Shown here: positions 59,002 through 64,000 of the stretch, one piece after another
How the letters are laid out: every line of letters begins with the position of its first letter
Position numbering within the stretch: the first letter of the stretch is position 1
NCBI GenBank assembly: GCA_014879445.1
Contig: JACSSC010000028.1
Span: forward strand, 5,134 to 69,133
Length of the DNA stretch: 64,000 nt
Reading direction: 5' to 3'
Source of the DNA: Candidatus Competibacteraceae bacterium
GTDB taxonomy: Bacteria; Bacteroidota; Bacteroidia; CAIKAF01
Made by a program: the position numbers and the translations under genes
Notes under the pieces: generated by a model
Databases searched by the model: none
The model's input: the letters and a program-made list of their open reading frames with translations, nothing else
What the model was told of the DNA's origin: nothing

Positions 59002-61113
59002 TTGGAAAACAGAAAAGACATATTGTGGCGAATTTATCTGATTTACATTATCACGGCTTTTTTTAGTTTGATGATAGTGTATAAGATATTTCAAATCCAA
59101 TTTGTCGAGGGCGATAAATGGCGTGAAAAATCTGAGGCGATTTCTACGCAACTTCGGAAAGTGCAAGCCAATCGAGGGAATATTCTTGCACATGATGAAA
59201 CATTTCTTGCTGTTTCAATACCGGTATTTGAGCTAAGAATGGACACAAAAGCAGAGGGCATAAGTGAGGAGTTTTTTAATAATAAAATTGACTCTTTGGC
59301 ATACAATCTTTCTTCGCTATTTAAAGATCGTTCGGGAAGTGAATACAGAGAGTATATTAGAAAAGGACGTATTCAAGGTAATAGATATCTGTTAATCAAA
59401 AAAAATGTTACCCTAAGTGAATTAAAAAAAGTACAGAAATTCCCATTATTTAATATTGGTCGCGTTGAAGGCGGATTGATTTCTATTGCCAAATCAAAAA
59501 GGATAAAACCTTATGGGAATCTTGCATCCAGGACTATAGGAAAAGAGGATGGTGAAACACAGGGATTAGGTCTTGAAAAGGCATATGATAAATTTCTGCG
59601 TGGTGAAGAGGGGTTGCGAATGATGGAAAAATTAGGCGGAAACTTATGGCGTCCGGTTGATCAGGAAAATACCATTGATCCGATTGATGGATTTGATGTT
59701 TATACAACCATTGATCCGCGACTTCAGGATGTAGCCGAATCAGAACTTGAACGACAACTTGCCATGCATCAGGCGGGATATGGTTGCGTAATCCTGATGG
59801 AGGTTAAAACAGGCGACATTAAGGCCATTGCCAATCTGAAAAGAGAATCAGATGGGAAATATTACGAAAGTTTTAATTATGCTATTGGCGAAGCGTCTGA
59901 TCCTGGCTCAACTTTCAAATTGGCCACTATGATTGCTTTGTTAGAAGATAAATATGTAACGACTCATGATAAAATAGCCACAGGAAATGGGGAGTTAATA
60001 ATATATAATCACAAGCTTACCGATTCCAAAAAGGGAGGGCATGGCACCATTACTGTTCAACATGCTTTTGAAGTATCATCTAATGTTGCAATGGCTAAAA
60101 TGGTATTGGATCATTATCGTAATAAGCCACAACAGTTCGTTGATCATCTAAAACGCATGCATCTCGATCGCCCACTAGGGCTTGAAATCCCAGGCGAAGC
60201 CACACCCACGGTAAAAAACAAAACCGACAAGGATTGGTCCGGGCTTACATTACCCATGATGTCAATTGGCTATGAAATTTTACTTACACCCATGCAAATT
60301 CTTACATTATATAATGCAGTTGCAAACAATGGGAGAATGATGAAGCCAAGATTTGTAAAAGAAATTAGGAATCGTGGCCAATTAGTACAAAGTATTCATC
60401 CGGTAGCTCTTGAAGAAAAAATTTGTTCAGACCAAACGCTCCAAGCTTGTAAATCTATGCTTGAAGGAGTAGTAGAAAACGGGACAGCAAAAAATCTAAA
60501 TAATACGGTATATAAAATTGCAGGTAAAACGGGTACTGCTGTTATTGCCAACAATAACAAGGGCTATCGTTCGCCATCTGGAAAAATTTATCGCGCCTCT
60601 TTCTGTGGTTACTTCCCAGCAGATAATCCTAAATATACATGTATGGTTGTAGTGAATGCTCCATCCAATAATGTGTATTATGGGAATGTGGTTGCAGGCC
60701 CGATATTCAAAGCTGTGTCTGATAAAGTATATGCCTCAGCTTTTGATATTAATCAGAATTATTACGATAAAAAGAGAGATGGACTTTCAAACCGAATTCC
60801 AATCTGCAAATCTGGAGTACAGGACGACATAATTACAGTGCTTAACAAATTGAACATTAATAGCCGTCGTGCAGATAATTACACGCTTGTTCATGCGGTA
60901 TCATCCGAAAAGCAGGTTGTGATGAAGCCCCTGACTGACGAAGAAAACATTATGCCCGATCTGCGAGGAATGGGTCTTAAAGATGCGATATACATATTAG
61001 AAAAGCGAGGAATACAAGTTAGAATAAAAGGTAAAGGAATGGTTCGTCAACAATCCGTTATCCCCGGATCTACCTTGTCGGGGATAGCAGAAGTAATACT
61101 TGAGTTAAGCTGA
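59002..61113 (+). CDS. ftsI: Septal transpeptidase PBP3 with C-terminal PASTA domain
   Basis: RGNI, GSTFK (SxxK), SSNV (SxN), GKTGTA (KTG), MPDLRGM; TTG start. Confidence 0.93.
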   Translation: MENRKDILWRIYLIYIITAFFSLMIVYKIFQIQFVEGDKWREKSEAISTQLRKVQANRGNILAHDETFLAVSIPVFELRMDTKAEGISEEFFNNKIDSLAYNLSSLFKDRSGSEYREYIRKGRIQGNRYLLIKKNVTLSELKKVQKFPLFNIGRVEGGLISIAKSKRIKPYGNLASRTIGKEDGETQGLGLEKAYDKFLRGEEGLRMMEKLGGNLWRPVDQENTIDPIDGFDVYTTIDPRLQDVAESELERQLAMHQAGYGCVILMEVKTGDIKAIANLKRESDGKYYESFNYAIGEASDPGSTFKLATMIALLEDKYVTTHDKIATGNGELIIYNHKLTDSKKGGHGTITVQHAFEVSSNVAMAKMVLDHYRNKPQQFVDHLKRMHLDRPLGLEIPGEATPTVKNKTDKDWSGLTLPMMSIGYEILLTPMQILTLYNAVANNGRMMKPRFVKEIRNRGQLVQSIHPVALEEKICSDQTLQACKSMLEGVVENGTAKNLNNTVYKIAGKTGTAVIANNNKGYRSPSGKIYRASFCGYFPADNPKYTCMVVVNAPSNNVYYGNVVAGPIFKAVSDKVYASAFDINQNYYDKKRDGLSNRIPICKSGVQDDIITVLNKLNINSRRADNYTLVHAVSSEKQVVMKPLTDEENIMPDLRGMGLKDAIYILEKRGIQVRIKGKGMVRQQSVIPGSTLSGIAEVILELS

Positions 61114-62582
61114 TGAAAAAACTCAACGACATATTGCAACGTGCCGGTGTGATAGATATCATAGGAAATGCCGATATCGAAATATCCATGCTCTGTATGG
61201 ATTCAAGAGAAGTGTCTGCTCATTCGCTATATATTGCGGTGAAAGGAGGTATTTCGGATGGTCATAATTATATACAAAATGCCATTTCGGAAGGTGCAGT
61301 TGGCGTTGTATGTGAGATGTTGCCTGATATGCTCGAAACAGGCATTACTTATGTTCATGTAAAAAATTCTCGGATGGCTTTGGGTCATATTGCTTCCAAT
61401 TTCTACGACCATCCTTCTTCACGCATTAAATTAATTGGTGTAACAGGTACCAATGGGAAAACGACTGTTGCAACATGTCTATACGAACTGTTTACACGAA
61501 TGGGATACAGTTGTGGACTTATTTCAACCATTCGAAACAAGATCAACAATGATGAATTTACTGCTACACATACAACGCCTGATGCAATCTCGTTAAACCG
61601 TTTATTATATCAAATGGTTGAGAAGAAATGCACTTACTGTTTTATGGAGGTTAGCTCACATGCTCTTGATCAGGGACGAACAGAGGGGATTGAATTCAGA
61701 GGCGCGATATTTACAAATATTACTCATGACCACTTAGATTATCATCACACTTTTCAAAATTACATTTTAGCCAAGAAAAAACTATTTGATAACCTAACAC
61801 CGCAGTCATTTGCACTCATAAATGTTGATGATCGACATGCAACTGTTATGGTACAAAATACAAAGGCACATGTTTACTCATATGGGCTTAGTTCTGCTGC
61901 TGATTTTAAAACAAGAATTATAGAAGATACCATGTTGGGGTTGCATATAAATATGGACGGGAATGATCTATACTCAACATTTGTAGGGAAGTTCAATGCA
62001 TATAATTTATTAGCCATTTATGCATGTGGAGTTATCTTCGGTAATGGCAAACAAGAAACAGCTATAGCAATTAGTGCACTGAATCCACCAGATGGCAGAT
62101 TCCAAATTTTGCAGGGTGTAAATGGAATTATAGCTGTTGTTGACTATGCTCATACACCTGATGCCTTAGAAAATGTTTTACAAACCCTACGAAGTATTGT
62201 AAAGAATCAGCAGAAAATCATTATCGTAGTTGGATGCGGTGGTAATCGCGACAAAGCAAAACGTCCACTAATGGGTAAAGTAGCCGTACGATATGCTGAC
62301 AAATGCATCTTCACTTCTGATAATCCACGTGATGAAGATCCGCTTACCATTATAAATGAAATGAAAAGTGAGTTGACATCTACTGATATGCTAAAGGTAT
62401 TAAGTATAGTTGACAGAAAGGAAGCCATACATAGTGCAGCTGCCATGGCAGGAAATAATGATGTAATACTTATTGCAGGGAAAGGTCATGAGAAGTATCA
62501 GGAATCAGCTGGAAATAAAGTTGAATTTGATGATTGGCTCGAAATAAAAAATGCATTTGAACTTATAAAAGAAAAGATATAG
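61113..62582 (+). CDS. murE: UDP-MurNAc-tripeptide synthetase
   Basis: [50 protein letters not shown] (DNPR, meso-DAP type), AGKGHE. Confidence 0.97.
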   Translation: MKKLNDILQRAGVIDIIGNADIEISMLCMDSREVSAHSLYIAVKGGISDGHNYIQNAISEGAVGVVCEMLPDMLETGITYVHVKNSRMALGHIASNFYDHPSSRIKLIGVTGTNGKTTVATCLYELFTRMGYSCGLISTIRNKINNDEFTATHTTPDAISLNRLLYQMVEKKCTYCFMEVSSHALDQGRTEGIEFRGAIFTNITHDHLDYHHTFQNYILAKKKLFDNLTPQSFALINVDDRHATVMVQNTKAHVYSYGLSSAADFKTRIIEDTMLGLHINMDGNDLYSTFVGKFNAYNLLAIYACGVIFGNGKQETAIAISALNPPDGRFQILQGVNGIIAVVDYAHTPDALENVLQTLRSIVKNQQKIIIVVGCGGNRDKAKRPLMGKVAVRYADKCIFTSDNPRDEDPLTIINEMKSELTSTDMLKVLSIVDRKEAIHSAAAMAGNNDVILIAGKGHEKYQESAGNKVEFDDWLEIKNAFELIKEKI

Positions 62583-62586
62583 TAAC

Positions 62587-63804
62587 ATGCTGTACTATTT
62601 GTTTGAATATTTACAACAACTAAGGATACCCGGTAGTGGTGTATTTCAGTATATCTCATTTCGTGCTGGAATGGCTGTTATTCTTTCTTTGATTATATCT
62701 GCTGTATTTGGTAAACGGATTATAGAATATTTGAGAAAAAAACAAGTAGGAGAAACCGTTCGCGATTTAGGGCTTGAAGGACAACTCTCAAAACAGGGCA
62801 CACCCACGATGGGTGGGCTCATTATTTTAGCTGCAATACTTATACCTACTCTTCTTTTATCGCGGCTTGATAACATTTACATTATTCTCATGGTAGTATC
62901 TACTATTTGGTTAGGTTTTATCGGATTTATGGATGATTATATCAAGGTTTTCAAAAAAAATAAAAAAGGTTTGGCTGGGAAATTTAAAATTGTTGGGCAG
63001 GTAGGTATTGGACTTATTGTTGGGCTAACGCTTTACTTCCATGAAGATGTAAAAGTTAGAGAGTTTGTCAATCCCTCAACGCCTACAGAAGCAACAAGCA
63101 GTATTGTAGCTCACTATGATTATCAATCCACACAAACCACATTGCCATTTATCAAAAATCATGAGTTTGATTATAGCAGCATACTCGGATTTATGGGGCA
63201 AGATGCAAAGAAATATGCCTGGCTGATTTTTATCCCCATTGTAATCTTTATTATAACAGCAGTATCAAATGGTGCAAATATGACGGATGGCTTAGATGGA
63301 TTAGCCACCGGCACATCAGCTATAATTGGCGTTACGCTGGCAGTATTTGCCTGGGTAAGTGGAAATACAGTTTTTGCAGATTATTTAAACATTATGTATA
63401 TCCCCGATTCGGGTGAACTAGTGATATACAGCGCCGCATTTGTAGGTGCATGTGTTGGCTTTTTATGGTATAATGCATATCCTGCTCAGGTGTTCATGGG
63501 CGATACGGGCTCATTATCTATTGGTGGTATTATCGCCGTGTTAGCCATTGCTGTACGAAAAGAACTTTTATTACCAATTCTATGCGGCATATTCCTCATC
63601 GAGAACCTATCGGTGATGTTACAGGTGGGTTACTTTAAATACACTAAAAGAAAATATGGGGAAGGAAAACGAATTTTTAGAATGGCGCCACTTCATCATC
63701 ATTACCAAAAAGGAAATTTACACGAAGCCAAGATTGTTGCCAGATTTTGGATTGTAGGACTAATGTTAGCAGTATTAACTATCATAACCCTAAAACTACG
63801 ATAA
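62587..63804 (+). CDS. mraY: Phospho-MurNAc-pentapeptide transferase
   Basis: [45 protein letters not shown]. Confidence 0.98.
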   Translation: MLYYLFEYLQQLRIPGSGVFQYISFRAGMAVILSLIISAVFGKRIIEYLRKKQVGETVRDLGLEGQLSKQGTPTMGGLIILAAILIPTLLLSRLDNIYIILMVVSTIWLGFIGFMDDYIKVFKKNKKGLAGKFKIVGQVGIGLIVGLTLYFHEDVKVREFVNPSTPTEATSSIVAHYDYQSTQTTLPFIKNHEFDYSSILGFMGQDAKKYAWLIFIPIVIFIITAVSNGANMTDGLDGLATGTSAIIGVTLAVFAWVSGNTVFADYLNIMYIPDSGELVIYSAAFVGACVGFLWYNAYPAQVFMGDTGSLSIGGIIAVLAIAVRKELLLPILCGIFLIENLSVMLQVGYFKYTKRKYGEGKRIFRMAPLHHHYQKGNLHEAKIVARFWIVGLMLAVLTIITLKLR

Positions 63805-64000
63805 TGAACCGCAGAATTGCAATTATAGGGGGTGGTGAAAGCGGAGTTGGGGCAAGCATATTAGCCCGAATGAAGGGTTATGAGGTATTCCTTTCTGATG
63901 GGGGGGCGATAAAAGATAAGTATAAGAAAATATTGCAGAATAATCAAATCGAATTTGAAGAGAAATATCACAATACTGAATTAATATTGACTGCAACCGA
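63804..64000 (+). CDS. murD: MurD N-terminus, truncated by the window end
   Basis: Hand translation [32 protein letters not shown]...; follows mraY. Confidence 0.9.
   Translation, partial: MNRRIAIIGGGESGVGASILARMKGYEVFLSDGGAIKDKYKKILQNNQIEFEEKYHNTELILTAT

Noticed and set aside
62582-62587. Missing murF between murE and mraY
   Set aside because: Usual dcw organisation in Bacteroidota
1-64000. tRNA, rRNA, riboswitch, IS or prophage genes
   Set aside because: None recognised in any intergenic gap or ORF by eye; tRNAscan/Infernal could still find weak hits

Overview
An AT-rich, densely coding 64 kb chromosomal segment from a member of the Bacteroidota. The evidence is T9SS C-terminal sorting domains, many TAnnTTTG -7 promoter boxes, and a Bacteroidota-type dcw order (mraZ-rsmH-ftsL-ftsI-murE-mraY-murD, no murF). 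From left to right: two T9SS cargo genes, slyD, lnt, a histone H1-like repeat protein, and a ~17 kb mixed-orientation glycan locus (ACP, KAS III, GT2, GNAT, asnB, UbiA prenyltransferase, split wzt/wzm, wecE, fcl, gmd, several GTs, a TMTC-like GT-C). Housekeeping and accessory genes follow (panB, dnaK, an orphan histidine kinase, sanA, gatB, PNP, lpxK), then a ferredoxin/U32/thioesterase block divergent from a norC-norB-like/queD operon, pnuC/nadR-like/GGGP synthase, ribD, engB and the start of the dcw cluster. The most striking signal is the cNOR-like NorCB pair, whose NorB lacks canonical metal ligands (helix VI His->Tyr, Glu->Val, Glu->Asn; low-spin heme His->Met) and has no norQ/norD nearby. 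Also notable are a GC-rich structured intergenic element resembling Flavo-1-type RNAs, a promoter-plus-terminator sRNA candidate before slyD, and a 42-aa lipoprotein missed by the ORF track. No tRNA, rRNA, CRISPR array, transposase or integrase was seen. Family calls rest on motif recognition by eye and alignments recalled from memory; no database search was run.
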